Positions 38,914 through 53,900 of a stretch of 64,000 nucleotides of DNA are shown here, piece after piece. Where the stretch lies: contig JAAOMT010000134.1 of the NCBI GenBank assembly GCA_016748015.1, positions 1,184,757 to 1,248,756 on the forward strand, given 5' to 3'. How positions within the stretch are numbered: the stretch's first letter is position 1; the number at the start of each line of letters is the position of its first letter. The translations under genes and the position numbers were made by a program. The stretch is from Geosiphon pyriformis uo1 (taxonomy: Eukaryota; Fungi; Glomeromycota). Below the pieces are notes generated by a model. The model saw only the letters and a program-made list of their open reading frames with translations, had not been told where the DNA came from and searched no databases.

Positions 38914-39415
38914 TTTTTTTATTTTTTTATTTTTATGATTAAAATTTAAATATAATTTAATATAATATATTAAACAACTTAATTTAAATTAAATATGAAT
39001 TATGTACTGTTTATATATAACTAGTTATTTGGTTATTTAAAATAATATTACAGTTTTATATTAATATTTAATAATATTATTAACATCTAAAAAAAATAAA
39101 CAAACTTATATAAGTCAAAATTAATATTAAAATCTTTATTTAAACCCAATAATTTTACAATACTACCAAAAAACAAAAATAACAAACCAATAATATCAGA
39201 AATTAAAGAGCTATTATAGAGAATTAAACCATTTTTTTTTAATAAAACTTTGTATTTAGTATATATCAATCAAATTTTATTATAATAAATTATTCCAAAA
39301 CTATATATAAAATTTACAATTTTGCTAACAATAACTTTTGTATTCTTAAACACAATAAAAGTTTTCAAATACTAATTTTTAAACACAAAGCTTTTATTTA
39401 AAACAATATACAATA
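38914..39415 (-). mobile_element. Highly degenerate 5'-truncated LINE 3' fragment
   Basis: KKNGLILYNSS..SIVKLLGL..NFDLYKF matches the ORF2 C-terminus. Degenerate tail and poly(A) on the minus strand. Confidence 0.7.
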
Positions 39416-39419
39416 TAGT

Positions 39420-39636
39420 TTTGGTATTAGTTTTGGGCTGCATAAATTTTTTAAGTTTTTTTCAGGTCTAGATAGCAAGATTTCAGTTTGTATTAACATT
39501 TAGTATTGTTTTGATTAGTTTGAGTGGCTAATTACATGTGGAAAATGCATAATTCATATCTAGTTTAGATTACTTGAATGATGTATTGTACTAGATAGTG
39601 TTTGGACCTTACTCATTAAATTAAGTAAAAAAAAAA
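39420..39636 (+). mobile_element. Very short 5'-truncated LINE 3' fragment
   Basis: GISFGLHK..FFSG..SVCINI* followed by the shared tail and poly(A). Confidence 0.8.
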
Positions 39637-40753
39637 TACAATATAATATTTAAATTATATACTAAAAGCAATTAAAAAACACAAAATATAAACTGGCAAA
39701 AACCAGATATATTTTGACATAAAAATTTAATAAACATTAATAAATAGCAAAATCCATTACAAAAGTAAAAAATGATTTAAAATTTTGATTTTACAATACA
39801 AATACAAAAACTAAAGTAATTTTTATCAAATAAATGCTTACAAATTATTACAAACAGATAATAATACAATATTTTTATAAAATATATATACAAATTTACA
39901 ATTTTATTACTTATATATTTGATAATTATATAAAAATTAAAGTATCATATTAAAGAAAACTAAATTCTATTAATGTTTTTTAGTAAAGATTTGTTTATAA
40001 TAACAATACCAAAACCAATTTTTTATTGTATATAACAAATAGAATTAAGAATATTATAAACAAAATAATAAATATTATTAAAAATAATCATATTACTAGC
40101 TTTGATATAATATTTATTAATGTATATAAGAAGAGCACAATTTAAAAAAACAATAATATCAGTTAGCATATTATTTTTTCATTTTTTATTACACTAAAAT
40201 GTTTTTTAATTTTAGACCAAACTACATAAAAACTCTTATTACCAATAATATTTGTAATATAGTATTTTTTTAACCAATATTAATTATAAAAGTTAAGAAA
40301 ATTAGATTTAATTTAAATAAACAAATATTTAATGTAGTCTAATTATTAGAATAAATAATTACAGTATTAGAATTAGAAATATACTCTAATATTAAACTTA
40401 AAACTTAATAAACATTAATAAAAGTAAACTTACTATTTTAATATTAATAAAAAAATCAAAACTTTTTTCTTTTTTACCTCCAATAAATTTTTAAAAAGTG
40501 CATTTTCTGAAAAAGAAGTTTTTTATTTTTTCTTGTTAATTTATATCAATATTTCTTTACTTAATAACCCATTTTTCATAAAGTTAAAGATTATTACAAG
40601 TAGTATCATGTCTAAAAAAAAGACACTCAAAAATGCCTTTTATGGTCCTGCTGGTTTTTTTTCTTAGAAAAAAAAAGTTATCTTTGAAAATGTCAAACAT
40701 TCTGGTAATAAGAAAGATATCTTCTTAAGCAAATCTGGACCTGGTAATAACAT

Positions 40754-41710
40754 TATTACAAATAATTATTTGGGGTCTGGAAACAAATAACAAATCTGTA
40801 ACTTGGTGCTCAATAACTAAAGTAATGTTAGTAATATCTAAAGATTTTGGTGAAGTCTTTTGTATAATAGACAAAGATTTAATAGTAATATTTTTTGGTG
40901 ATATTTCTAGTTCTTCTTAACTCTTGAGTTGATGTGTTTTGTTGTCTGTTGTTTTCTAAAATATCTATATTCTGTCAATTTTTTTCTTAGCTTAATAACC
41001 AGTAATCTCTTGGTAAGCTATTCTCAATTTTAAGTGTCTACCCTTATTCCTGAATCTTTTACCAGTGCTATATCTTAACATCAATACTCCACAAGTTAAT
41101 CTTTTAATCAATTAGTAAATCCACAATAAAACAAAAAGACAAGAAAAAAAATAAAAGAAATAGAAAAAATAACGAAAAGAAAAGAAAAAAATAAGCCAAG
41201 ACAAGAAAGAGTTAATATCTTGTCAATAGCTGTAATCAAGAACTATTGGTCCAAGGTGGTTAAGTATTAGATTTTATTAATATAAAGTATTAATAGTAAT
41301 AAAAGTGATTAATATTTTTAATCAAGTAATAATAACATGAATTTGATGATAATAGATAATTTTATTAATAGAAGAATAATTTTACTTTAAATCATAAAAA
41401 ACTATCTTTTAAAAAAAGAGTATTGTTCTAATTTAATATAACTTTTATTGAATTTTTCAGGAATTATTTTTTTTGCTTTTAATACTTTTGCTATATATAT
41501 ATAATTTATGTTATATAAGATTCTTTGAATTCTTCAATTTTCTAGCCAGAAATCCTGTAATTCTTGAAATTCTGTAATTCCTTAAGAAGAATTCTAAAAT
41601 TTTGGAATTCTGCAATTCTTTCAGAAGAATCTTAGAATTTCTTTGTTACTATGCCTACTTCTGATTGGCTATTTTTCTAACTATAATACTCCTAATTTTT
41701 ATGAGTAACA
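40754..41710 (-). mobile_element. Solo LTR, family B, inserted in LINE-C ORF1
   Basis: T(G>A)TTACA..GTAACA ends, TSD ACAT/ATAT. ORF1 reads through GNN|MYSN once the insert is removed. Confidence 0.85.
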
Positions 41711-44700
41711 ATATGTATTCCAATATGAATAGTCTGTTTGATGATAATGAGAATGTTAACATAACTGGTGTAAATAATAGGTTTTTTTTGAGCTCAGCTG
41801 CTACTACTTCCAAGGCAAAGCATATCAATACTGGAGCTGTCTTTGGCTTTCCACTCAGGTCTCCCAATTTTAATATAGATGATGATAAAGTTGTTCTCTT
41901 TTCTTGCTTGTCTATCTCTCTGGACAAGAAGTAAATTAACCCAAAGATTATCAAAACTTCAATGAAAGTATTAATCAAGAAGTTATTTACTTTGGATATT
42001 AATCTTTTGGCAGTAGAGAGCAAATCTGCCACAGCTAAAACTTATCTCATCAAAAAATTATTTTTATCAATCAATAGTTTTGGAGAGATCACTACCTCTT
42101 TAAAATTTAAAGAAATCATTTGATTTACTTTCACTTCAAAAAAAACATAGAATTGGCTGTTTTATTGGCCAAGAAGAAGAAAATTAATGTAAACAGTAAT
42201 CTTAAGAAACAAAAAATGAGGTCAAATCAGACTGTAATAATCAAAGAAATTTCTATAAACATGCCTAAAGATATGATTATTACCACAGTATCCAACTTTG
42301 AAAAGATTAAGTTAATCAAAATTCAATTAATTGGAATGTGGCAGAAAGCTATGATGAAATTTGCCAAATTAGGTCAAGCTAATTAGTTGGCCTTAAAATG
42401 ATCATTCCTAATCAGAAAAAATTTTGTGTACATAGCCAAAACTGTAGAGGATCATGAGATTTAGGTGTCTAAAGATCAGTTCAGAGTATTTCTGTTTACC
42501 TTGCTAATAAGAACAACAGCACATAATTTTAGAACTTTTTTGGAAGGTGCTGGTGGGAAAACTTGTGTTATAAATAGATCCATAGAAACTGATAATAGGA
42601 TTTGCTGTGCTGTAGTTGGCTTTGACTTTAATAAGAATTTGGAATTTGCCTTTCATACAGAGCCAATTTTTAGTGGAGTAAGGCTTTTTTGAACTAAAAT
42701 GAATTTGGTTCATTGTGTAAAGTGTGGGTGTTTTGAATATTCAGCTCTTGAATATGATGCATTGAATATATTTGTGCTGCTATTGTCAAAAAAATTCTAT
42801 AAAAGAGTTGCTTTTAAAAAAGTTTGCTTTCAGTTTGCCAAGCTGTATAAGAAAAAAAGTGTTCTGATTTCTTACTCTGCTGTCTTTGGTAGCAAATTTT
42901 GGGCCCAAGTGGTCTTACTTGCTGGTTTTTTTGGTGGTATTTACCTCAATTCTGGGCCTGGTTCTCCTCTTTTTAGTGTTTTAAGTTCAGGTGGTACTCT
43001 TCCTCCCATTTCTGTTAATAATTTATTTTTGAATACTTGTTTGGCCTCCTTGGAATACTTTTTGAAACTTTTAACAAATCAGGTTTCTGGTATTGTGTAC
43101 AAGCTCAGCAATTTAGAATTGGTGCTTTTGGCTGCCCTTTCTTTTTCTTATGACTTGACTACTCTAATGGCTACTGATTTAGATTTGAATTTAACTATGA
43201 TTTTGAATAGCTCTATGCTGATGTTTCTATCTTCTTCTTTTATTGTTTCTAATGTTTTAGTTTTGAGTCCAAGTAGTTTGAAAGTGCTGACTATTAAGAT
43301 AGACTGTTTAGAGTTTAAGTTAGTGGCTCTCAAGATCTCTGTTGGTTTAGTTTTGGCAAAATTAGATTAGTTGTATGTTAAATTGAATTTTTAGATGCTT
43401 TCTTCTTTCTAATAAGTAATTTGGTTTGGAAAATTGCTATGTGCAATGTTTGTGACATCAATGTGCTGGCTAAGCAGAAAAATGTTGTATGTTGACATAT
43501 GGACTCTAGTAATATAATTTCAATAATTACAGAAACAAAATTAAGGTTTAGTATTAGGCCCTAGTTTATAAACAAGTTTGATGATGTACAGGTGTTTACA
43601 TCTGGTTTGAATAAAAGTTTTTTTGGTGCTAAAGTGGTAATTATCATGGACAATTCTTTGGCTTAACATATTTCCAAGATTAAGGAGATGTCTAATCATG
43701 TTATTTTAGTTCAGCTTCTTTTTAAAAACAAGCTTTTAGTCACAATTTTAGGCTTGTATGTTGGTGCCTCTACTGAGACTAGGTTTGGTTAAGCAGTTGA
43801 GATTAATTTCTTTATTGCAAGGGCAGTTAATGCCAGTACTTTTGTAATCTTGAGTGAGAATTTTAATAAGAATGGTTCTAAAAAAAGTGCAAGCTTTCAA
43901 TTTTGTTTGGATTTGGGTTTAGTTAATTTACTTAGAGGTTATTATTTGGTTAAGGCCTTTATGTGAAGCAATTTGAAGGGAGTTGAGAAGGTTATTAATT
44001 ACATTTTTGTTAGTGAGTATTTATTATTAGCAATTATTAGTTATAAAGTTGTTTCTGCTTCTGATTTCTTTAATACTAATCACAAGACTGTTATGGTGTC
44101 AATTGGTTTAAATGGTTTTTTGGATTTTTGTTTGATTGGTTTGTGCAAACAAACTAATCAAAATTATTGGAAGTTTAAAATTGCTGATGCAGATGCCTTC
44201 AAATAGGCTTGTTTTAAAGAGTGTGTTTCTGTTAAGTTTTTTTTTGTAGTTGGAAAGTTCTCATTTATAAGTGCTGATAGGAATCTCAACACTATGTAAA
44301 ATTTGCTGGAGAAGATGATGATTATTTTGGCTAATGATGTTTTTTTTAAACATTGATTTCATAATATTAAATGTTTTTCAACAGACAATTTTTTAAGTTT
44401 TTTAAGCTGGAACTATTGGTTGTCAAGGTGGTTAAGTTTTTTTAATCTGGTAATTTTTCTAGGATTGATTCACTTCTTGGTGCTTGGTTAATTGCTAATA
44501 AAGTTAAAACTTTTAAGATTTAGGACATATTAAATAATAACACCAACAGTATGAATGTTTTTAGTTGCTTGTCTAGAATTAGGAAAAGTTACCATTGTTT
44601 CAAAATACATGAATCTAGAACTGTTAAGTTTGCTGCTATTAGATTTGTCATTGATAAGAGAATAGAAAATTTTTGCTTAGACAAAGACTATATAATCAAA

Positions 44701-46382
44701 AATATATTGAATAAGCCATTTTGTAAAGTGGTTTTCGACTATTTGATAGTTAATGACAAACTGGTTTTGGATCTTGATAATGTTAAATCTAAGGTTAATA
44801 CTATAATAGAAGGGTGAACCAGAAAGTATTTAGTTTCTGGATCTTTGTTTGATTGTTAAGCCCACCAGTATGTCTTTTTATAGTATGTAAATAACAATGT
44901 TTTTTTTGATATTATAGATATTATCAGTTTTGATGAGTTAGTTCAGGTTGTTAGACACTTACCAAATGGGAAAGCTGCTGGTCTCAATGGTATTTCTAAT
45001 GAATTGTGGAAACATTATGGTGACAATGTTTTCAAAGTTTTTTTGGATTTTTTGAATTTGTGTCTAAAATTAAATGCTGTTCCAATTTTGTGAAAGAGAG
45101 TATAAGTTTTAATGATATTCAAATCTTATGAATGGGATAGTATTTTAATAAATACTTATTCTATTGCTCTAATTGAAACTGCTCAAAAAGTTCTTTCTAA
45201 AATTCTCTTGGATCAAATTTCTTTTGTCTGTAGTAAATTCAGTATTCTCTGTGGAAATAACTTCTCTGTTTTAAAGGGTATTTCGATGCAGTTTTCTATT
45301 TTTGCTATCAGTTTGGTGATTGAAGATGCTTTGAAAAAAGGCAGAGAAGTTTGATTGATTTTGCAGGATATATGTAAAGCATATAATTTAGTTGGTTGGC
45401 ATTATTTAAAAGCTAATTTGTGACATATCAAAATATGTGAGAGGTTTATTGAGTTTTTTGGTGGAATTCATGAGAATAGGTTTAACAGAGTCATGACTGA
45501 TTTTGGCTTTTTGGATGGATATTGGGTGTTTAATGGTCTTGATCAAAGTAAGATGTTCTCTTTCCTTCTTTGACAAATCTTTTATGACCACCTTTTGTGT
45601 GAAATCAAAAGACAGAAGAATGTATGTGATTACTGAATTGATACCAAGTTTGTGGCCAAGATGAAGAGGATTGATAATATGGGTGAGATGACTTTTTTTT
45701 TACAGCTGGAGCTTTTGTAAACAATACTATTTGGGTTGAGAATAGCCAAGTTGCTACACAATTTATATTAAATATTGCCAGTAATTTCTTCTTGATTAAT
45801 AATATTTCAATTAATAATAACAAAATGATAGCCATTCTCATTAATAGAAGGGTTAAAAATGCTGTTCTCAGGATTAGTAAATCCCTTATTTCAATTGTCA
45901 AGTGTGGTGTATTTTATAAATACTTGGGTATTTTCTTATCTATTAATGGTTTATCCAAGCCTAGTTTGGCTAAAGCTTAGTTTGATATCAAGTTTTTTGC
46001 CAATAAGATGTTGAGAAAGACTATTTTGGATAAGCAGTTCTTGTATTTGGTCTTAGCAATTTTGCAGCCCATTGTTGGCTACCACATTTAGTTCAGTTTT
46101 ATTCTTTTTGCTGTTTGCTAACATTAAAATGTTTTGCTTAGGAAAGATTTTAAGTTAAAAGCTGGGCTACTCTGTGATTTTCCAAATGAAATGCTGTATT
46201 ATTCTTTATTGTATAGTCTAAAAATGTTCAAGCAGATTCAGCTTGAGAGGAAATCAGCTTCAGTTGTTGTTTTTGTTAATGCTTCTGGGATTCTTGGTCA
46301 GTTTTTTAAGCACAAATTTTTGGATTTGCAAGTTTTGGGCTGGACTTCTCTGAATTTCTTACAATATCCAGTGTAATTGCAT

Positions 46383-47337
46383 TGTTACAAATAATTATTT
46401 AGGGTGTTAAAACAAATAATAAACTCATAACTTAGTGCTCAATAACTGTTTTAGTTGGTAATTTCTGAAGGTTTTCATGATCTGAAGGTTTTGGTTTGAG
46501 TTTTTTGTATAATAAACAGAAATTCAATAATTGTTTTCAGTAGTCTTCTGGAATTGCAATTTCATCAAATTTTTTTTTCAGCATAATGGCTGGTAATTTT
46601 TCTGGTGTTTTTATCCATAGCTTTCCAAAATTGCAATTTCATCAAATTTTTTTCTTAGCATAATGGCCAGTAATTTTTTTGGTAAGCTATTCTTAATAAT
46701 AAGTGTTCTACCTTTGTTTTATGAGTCTTTTACCAATCTCTTTAACATTAATAACTCCATGTGTTAATTTTTAATTAATTAGTAAATAATAAATAAAATA
46801 AAAAAAATAAAAAAAATAAAAAAATAAGCCAAGGCAAAAAAGAGTTAATATTTCATCAGTAGTCATGATCAAGAGCTATTGGTTTAATATAGTTATGTAT
46901 CAACAATTATTAACATGAATTGTTAATAGTAAAAAGATTAATTGCAATATGTAATAAGTATTTTATTAATATTTGATATTTTTACTTCAAGTCATAGAAT
47001 ACTATCACATAAAGAGATAAATAAGGAATTGAAACTGGAAATTCTAAACTAAAAATTCTGTTCTTTCTGTTTCTAACTCTACTGTTATATATACATAAAT
47101 TTTGTATAACAAAATTCTTTGAATTTTTCAATTCTCTAGCCAGAAATCCTGGAATTTTTGGAATCCTGTAATTTCTCAAGAGAAATTCTGGAATTCTGCA
47201 ATTCTTTATACTGGAATTCTGTAATTCTGGAATCCTGCAATTTTTTTGAGAGAAATTCTGGAATTTCATTTTTATTGTGTCTTATTCTGATTGGTTAATT
47301 TGTACTAATATATAATTTTTATATTCTATAAGTAACA
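46383..47337 (-). mobile_element. Solo LTR, family B, inserted in LINE-C ORF2
   Basis: TGTTACA..GTAACA ends, TSD GCAT/GTAT. Internal ~75-bp duplication at about 46550-46685. Confidence 0.88.
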
Positions 47338-49229
47338 GTATATTAGTTTTTTCAACAATTTTTTGGCTAAAATTGTGTGTGTTTTTTTGGACAATGGTAT
47401 TTCTATAGTAAACAATTTGTTTTGTGCTTTTTTTTATTCTGGCAAGTTTTTTATTTTAAGTGTCTTGAGATTATTATTATATTATGATCAAGTTAGTTTC
47501 TTAAAGAAATTTGGTGTGGCTTTTTGTGACAGACTTTTGGACAAACATAGTAGAGTTTTAAATTAGAAGACATTTCAATGTTGGAAAAGATTAGACTTTA
47601 GAGGATTTGTGCTCTCTTGGTTTGTTTTGGTGTCTAAGTTTTTACACAATTCTGTGTTTATGTTAGTGTTTCCCAACAGAAATTTTGTGTTGGATGTTAA
47701 TAATGTTTTGTTATCTAGTTAGTTTTCTGATGTTAAAAATAGTCTGCTTAAGATTTGGTCAAATATTTTTACTGTGTATATGAATGGTTCCTTAAAAAAA
47801 TTCAATTCTGTTAATGTAATTGAAAATGCTGCTGCATTTTTTTTTGAGATTGATTTGGACATTAAAGTTAAAGTTAATGAGTTTTTGTCTTTTACAATAG
47901 CCAAATTACAGATTGTTGCTTTGGTTTTAGAATATGTGCCTTTTTCTTGTTTAGTGATAGTGTATTTGAACAGTCAGATTACATTAGATATATGTGTTTC
48001 AAAGTTGAAATTATCTGGTTCTAATTTTCATAATAGTTTTTGGTTGGAAAGAAGACATATTGCAAATTTGATTGTTAATAAGGACATTTTTATAGTTTAG
48101 TCAAAAATCAGAGACCACTTAGAAGTTTTGGGTAATATTTGTGCAGATGCTTTGATAGGTGTAGCTGCTCACTCATTTTTACTACTGTCAACTAATGTGT
48201 GTAAATACTTTGTTGAGACTAATGGTTTGTCAGTTTCTGGTAATGTTTGTCATTTTGTTTAGAATATTTTTAAGTTGGTAAATTATGTGCATTGGAAAAT
48301 TAGTTCTGGTTTTAGAGTTTTGGGTGGTTTTTTGGTTTATGATGTTGATTGGGTCCATACAATAGCAGTTTGGCATTCAGATTCATACATGTTATTAGGG
48401 TTTACAAGCAGAGCTTCAGCTGGTTTGTGTACTTATTTTATGAAAACTGTTTATAAAAAGCTGTCTGTTGCTATTAGGAAGAGGTTTTACAACAAATATT
48501 ATCCTGGTGTTTTATGTTTACATTGTAGAAAAGTTGAGTTTTCTGATTATATGCTTACATGTTGTAAAGAATTTGTTTCCTGTAAGGCAATTTTGTTTGA
48601 ACATATTTTATTTTGAAGATCTCTAACTGGTTCTTATCTTCTTATTTCTTCTGTAATTATGGAATCTCTTTTTTTATGTTTATTTAATGTCAGCCTATAT
48701 GCACTTTTTTACAAGAGCTTTGTGCTTATGGGATGATTTAAGATAGTGGTGTAGATTTTTGAAAATCATAAGGAGACTGTCTGGATCTTGGTTGATTTTG
48801 TGTAAAGTTTGGATAACCAACACCATTCTGAGTTGTGAGAATTCAGGTCCAGATTTAGAGTAGATATGGAGAAAGATAATTTAATCAATAATTCAGGAGT
48901 GGTGTCTGTGATGTTTATTGGTTCAGTGCTAGTTCTATTGGATGATATAATTAGGTTGATTGATATTAATAATTCTTTTGGAGTTAGTTTTGGTTTCTGT
49001 ACATCTTGCTTGTTTTTTTCTGGTTTTGATAATAAAACTACTATTTATATAAGGGCTTAGTATTGCTTTGATTAGTCTAAGTAACTAGTTACATGTAGTA
49101 AATACATGAATTGTGTCTAGTTGAGATCTATAGTTTTGATTTTGTATACTAGATAGTAATTGGACTATACTCATAAAACGTTAATAAAAAATAATAATAT
49201 TAATAACAAGATTAATATTAAAAAAAAAC

Positions 49230-50956
49230 AACAGCATTATATTTTACACTAAAAGTGTTTAAATTCTTTAAAAAGCTATTAATATACAAGAAAAAACCAC
49301 AAAAACAACAGCTTTGACATAAAATTTAGCTTTAGTAAACAATAATTTAAATATTTTGGACCACCAACAGAGTTGAAAGAGAATTTGGGAAAAAAAAATA
49401 ATGATACCTTGTAATCTACAGCTAAATAATTCAAGTCTTAATATCTGTAACAGCAATAATATCCAGGAGTTTCTTACCAAATACAACAACTATACAAGAC
49501 ACCAGTTTTTAATACAGCAATATTTAAAAATTTTAAGGAATCAAAGATGACTACAGCAAAGTGTTGACATTAGTATAATTTAGAGGAGTAAAGAATAAAA
49601 CATGTTCAGCTATCAACTTGGAAGGCCAAATAACTTATCTCAAAAGCAGTACAGTCAAAAAAAAAATTAATCAACTTAGTTTTAAAAGCATTTTTTGAGA
49701 TAATAATCTCTTTTTGGTTGACAACAGAAAAAATTCTAACACTGTCTTTTTTAATTAGAACAAACCAATAAACAAGAGCAACAGCAGCAAAAAAAATGTT
49801 TTTAAAATAAACTATAGCATATTGTTATAGACCAGCAGACTTTAACTTGACTGAAATAACAATACCAAAAATGCCAAAAGCAGTTTTAATGTTATCAAAA
49901 AAGGTATTCAAAGATATATTATGAAATATAACTGACAAAGAAAAAGAAAAAACAGAGACCATATTAGAAGACCATCCAATTTTAAAAGTGATCAAAAAAA
50001 TTTCATTACTAATAGCCACTTTGGTGGCACTATTTAGACTCTTTTAAAATGCAAATTCTATACAAAATAACTTAACAGCATCTCATAAAACAAACTTAAG
50101 TCCAATACAATCAGATAGCAACTGAAACAAAAAACTAAGCAAAATTATTTTGATCTTAAATATAGCACTAAGCATTAAAGTAGAAACTATCTATTTAGAA
50201 AATTTTTGGCAACTATTCACATTATCATTATTAGTAATACCAAAAACTGAAGAAGAAAGAATTGATTTTATTTTCATATAATCAGCCTAATTTTTGAGAT
50301 TATCTGCAATAATAGACTGTTTTGCTTTTATAACAGATAATAATCTGTTAAAGAGTACCACATTAGACAACACAACCAGTTGTTAATCTTATTTTATCTT
50401 TAGAAATGTGCTGTTACTATTGCTATTTATATCAGAAAGATGATTGGCTACTGTTCTAGAGATCTTTTCCAAGATCTTATTTGAAACCACAAAAGAGTTT
50501 AGTATTATCATAGTAGTTGTAAATATCTGCTGCTGTTTTTTGAATTTTTTGGTCTTTTCAGCTATTTGTAAAATAATAATAATAGTAATAGTAGTAAGAA
50601 TAATAAAAGCAAAAAAGATTAACTTATTAACTGGTCTGTTATTAAAAATCTTTGAACTTTTAGAAATAATAGAGACAATATTAGAACTAATCTGAATGTT
50701 TTTTCAAAAAAACTTTGACAGAAGAAAAATCACCAGCCAAAAGTGAAAAAAATAAACCAGAAGTCACTAAAGACAGCTTTTTACTAATGTTTTTTAGAAG
50801 AAATATAACCAGAATATTTTGTCTAATTGCTTTAATAACAGAGAGACTCTTTTGTGTTGAAACTTTATTAGTTATTATAAGAAAAATAATGTTTGTAATT
50901 TTTTTACTCTTAGCTTTTGTTGTGGTCATAAAAAATAAGAAAGAAAAAGTTTTTTG
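49230..50956 (-). mobile_element. ORF1 element of the half-LINE type, subfamily 2 (E3), 3' end missing
   Basis: ATG at 50929 starts MTTTKAKSKKITNIIF..RQNILVIF. Collinear with E5 at 56814 and has the same short 5'UTR. Confidence 0.8.
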
Positions 50957-50959
50957 AGA

Positions 50960-53900
50960 TTTGTTTCCTACAAATAAACAATAGAGAAGACCAACCAAAA
51001 AAAAAAGTAAACCAGTTATAAAAAACTAAAATTAATAAGTTAAAACAACAGGTTAATAAAATGACCAAACTGCTGAATGCAGTGGCTGCCAAACTTAGAG
51101 TAATAATAGAAAAAAAAAATAGTTACTTAACAGCAAAATTACATCTTAGAAGAAAAAAGAGATGGAAAATAAAATATTAAGTTAGAATACAATATTTAAG
51201 TCTAACTTAGCAGAGAAAAAAAAGGCATACAATCCAAAAACAAAAATCAATGAAATCAAAAAAACATTAAAATCCATTTTGGTGTTATTAAAACAAATGA
51301 AAAAACAAGATAGCTAAAACAGTTTTATTGCTGAAAAATCTAAATTTATAAAAACAAATAATGTGTAATATATCTAATTTCAATATAGAACAAAACAACT
51401 CCAATAATAATACTTGAAAAATTGGTACTATTAATGTTAAAAGACTTAATAATCCTGGTAAAATTGAAGAAATGCTATAGTGAAGTATAAAAAAACAATT
51501 TAATTTTGTAATTATTATAAAAACTAAACTGACTTTACTCAAAGAAAAAGAAGTGTTTTTTGGTTTTAATAAATATTATGCCTTTTGGAAGTCAAATGCT
51601 AAAAAACAAATAAGAACTGGAATAGATATATTAATTAAAAAATATTGAATGCATCATATAGAAACAATCAAGAATTATTATAAGAAATTATTATATTTAA
51701 TATTGAAATTTAGAAGTAAAATTAGTGTGTACATAATTAGATTATACATGTCTGTTTTTAAATTAACCATTGAGAAAGTGGTAACAAAAAAATCAGAAAA
51801 CTTTTAGTAGACATTGTGTAAAACAAAAAAATAATTATAGTAACAAATGATTTGAATAAAGATCTGGTATCCAAATCACTTAAAAAAACATTTGCTATAA
51901 ACAAGATCAAAGTTTGTTCCATTACAACAATATTGCAACAAATAAATTTAGTGAATACACATAGAGTATATGTAACAAACAATCCAGAAAAAACATGGGC
52001 ATCAAATAGAATACAAAAAAGATTAAACTATGTGTTTACTGATGCTATTACAGTCTCATTGGTTACAAACATTGGGATAATTGATGTCAATAAATCATTT
52101 AGCATTGATCACAAAACAGTAATAACAATTATTCAATCTAACAGAATTTTGGTAGACACTAAAAAATTTAGATCTGAAAAAAAAAAGATAGTACAATTAT
52201 AATTAATGTTAAAAAAGCATCTGAAGTACAATAAAAGATTTATACAAAAAAAACTAATCAATTAACAGATAAAGCACAAAGAAATCAGTAAATAACAGCA
52301 ATGATAATCTAAACTAGATGTGACTTATAATCAAAGAAACTGTGTTGCAAGCTGCTAATTGTCTATTAAAAAGGAAAATAAGAGCTTAATTTGCATACAC
52401 AAAAAAAAATGCATAAATTACAAACTTGTTAAGATTATAGTTAATATAATCAAACAAATAAGAGTAAACAATGCAGATATACATGATAACAAATTATACA
52501 GCTCTTAACTAAATAGAAATAAGTAAAATCTAAGACAATAAAAGCATATTTGATAATTTTTCCAAAAAATAAGCTTATTACAGAATTACTTAACATTAAA
52601 AAAGAATACAAATTAACACTATATACTAGGATTAGACTACAATAGCAAAAACAAATAGTGAACAATATCATCAAAAAACAACAAAACTTTAAATTAAACA
52701 AAAAAACTATGATTAAGAGCATTCTGAACAAAAAAAAACAAAAAATAGTACTGGTTTATATTATTAAAGAAGACAAATTTTATGATAATTCTAATAAAAT
52801 CAAAAAGCTAGTAAACAAAAAAACCCAAGATTGAACAAGAATGAAAATCCTTAAACTTGAATTATAGAAAAATTGGAAACACAGATTTAAGCCAATTGAA
52901 AACATTTTAGATTATGCCTTTAATAGTATAATGGCCAAAATAACAAATAAAAAATTTGAATACATATTGGGTTATACACTCTATAACAAAACTTCTGGTT
53001 TATCAAACATTTAAGCTGAACTCTGAAGAAAGGCTGGACCTAATACCAAATCTAAACTGAAAACATTGCTTAATGTTTATATAGAAACAGCAAACATGTT
53101 TAAAAAGTAGAGAATAGCACAAATCATATTGATTCCAAAACCAAAAGAATAGGGTAACAATATTGATATTACTAGACTGATCACACTCATAGAAAATACT
53201 AGAAAAATCTTAACAAAAATTTCAACTGCAAGAATTTCAACTGTAAGAATATCAAAAGCATATAAGCTCCACAATATTCTAAAAGGTTATAACATCTTAA
53301 TTTTAAAGAATATCTCTACAACAGTGCCAATTTATGTGATTAATGCTATAGTTGAGCATACAAGAGAATTTGGTAATAAGACTTGGTTTATATTTTAGGA
53401 CATAAAAAAGACATACAACTCAGTAAAATAAAAATCCATAAAAGCTGTATTAAAAAAAATTAAGATGAACAATAAGTTTACTGAGCTATTTGGCTTGATA
53501 CACAACAATAAAAGCAATAAAATCATAACTAAATTTGAATTAAGTAATAAATATCAAGTACAAAATAGACTAGACCAGAGGAAAACAAGTTCATTTATTA
53601 TGTAAAGAATTTTTTATAACTTTTATTTTATAAAATAAAACAAGCCAATTATAGTCAAGAGTACAAAACAAACACATAATTACTGTTAGTATTAGTAAAT
53701 CATCTTACCTTTGTGAATAATACAGTTTAAATAGCCAATTCAAAACAGAAAATACAGAATATATTGGACACAGCTAGCTTTTTTTTTAGAATAGTGGATA
53801 TTAAAATCAACATGAATAAGACTAAAACAATGGTGATCAAACTTTTTAAAAAAAAATCAATATTAGCTGAGCCACTAAAATTTGGGCCAAATAAATAAAT

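Larger units (their letters stand above)
40459..49190 (+). mobile_element. Full-length degenerate LINE (LINE-C, same family as LINE-B) carrying two solo-LTR insertions
   Basis: ORF1 40608-43415 (knuckle CVKCGCFEYSALEY). ORF2 about 43412-49060 with APE, RT and RNase H (VYMNGSL) motifs. Shared tail. Probable TSD atattaataa. Confidence 0.9.

Noticed and set aside
46982-47269. 95-aa ORF with repeated NCRIPE motifs
   Set aside because: It is the translation of the LTR tandem array and is not open in the other two LTR copies.
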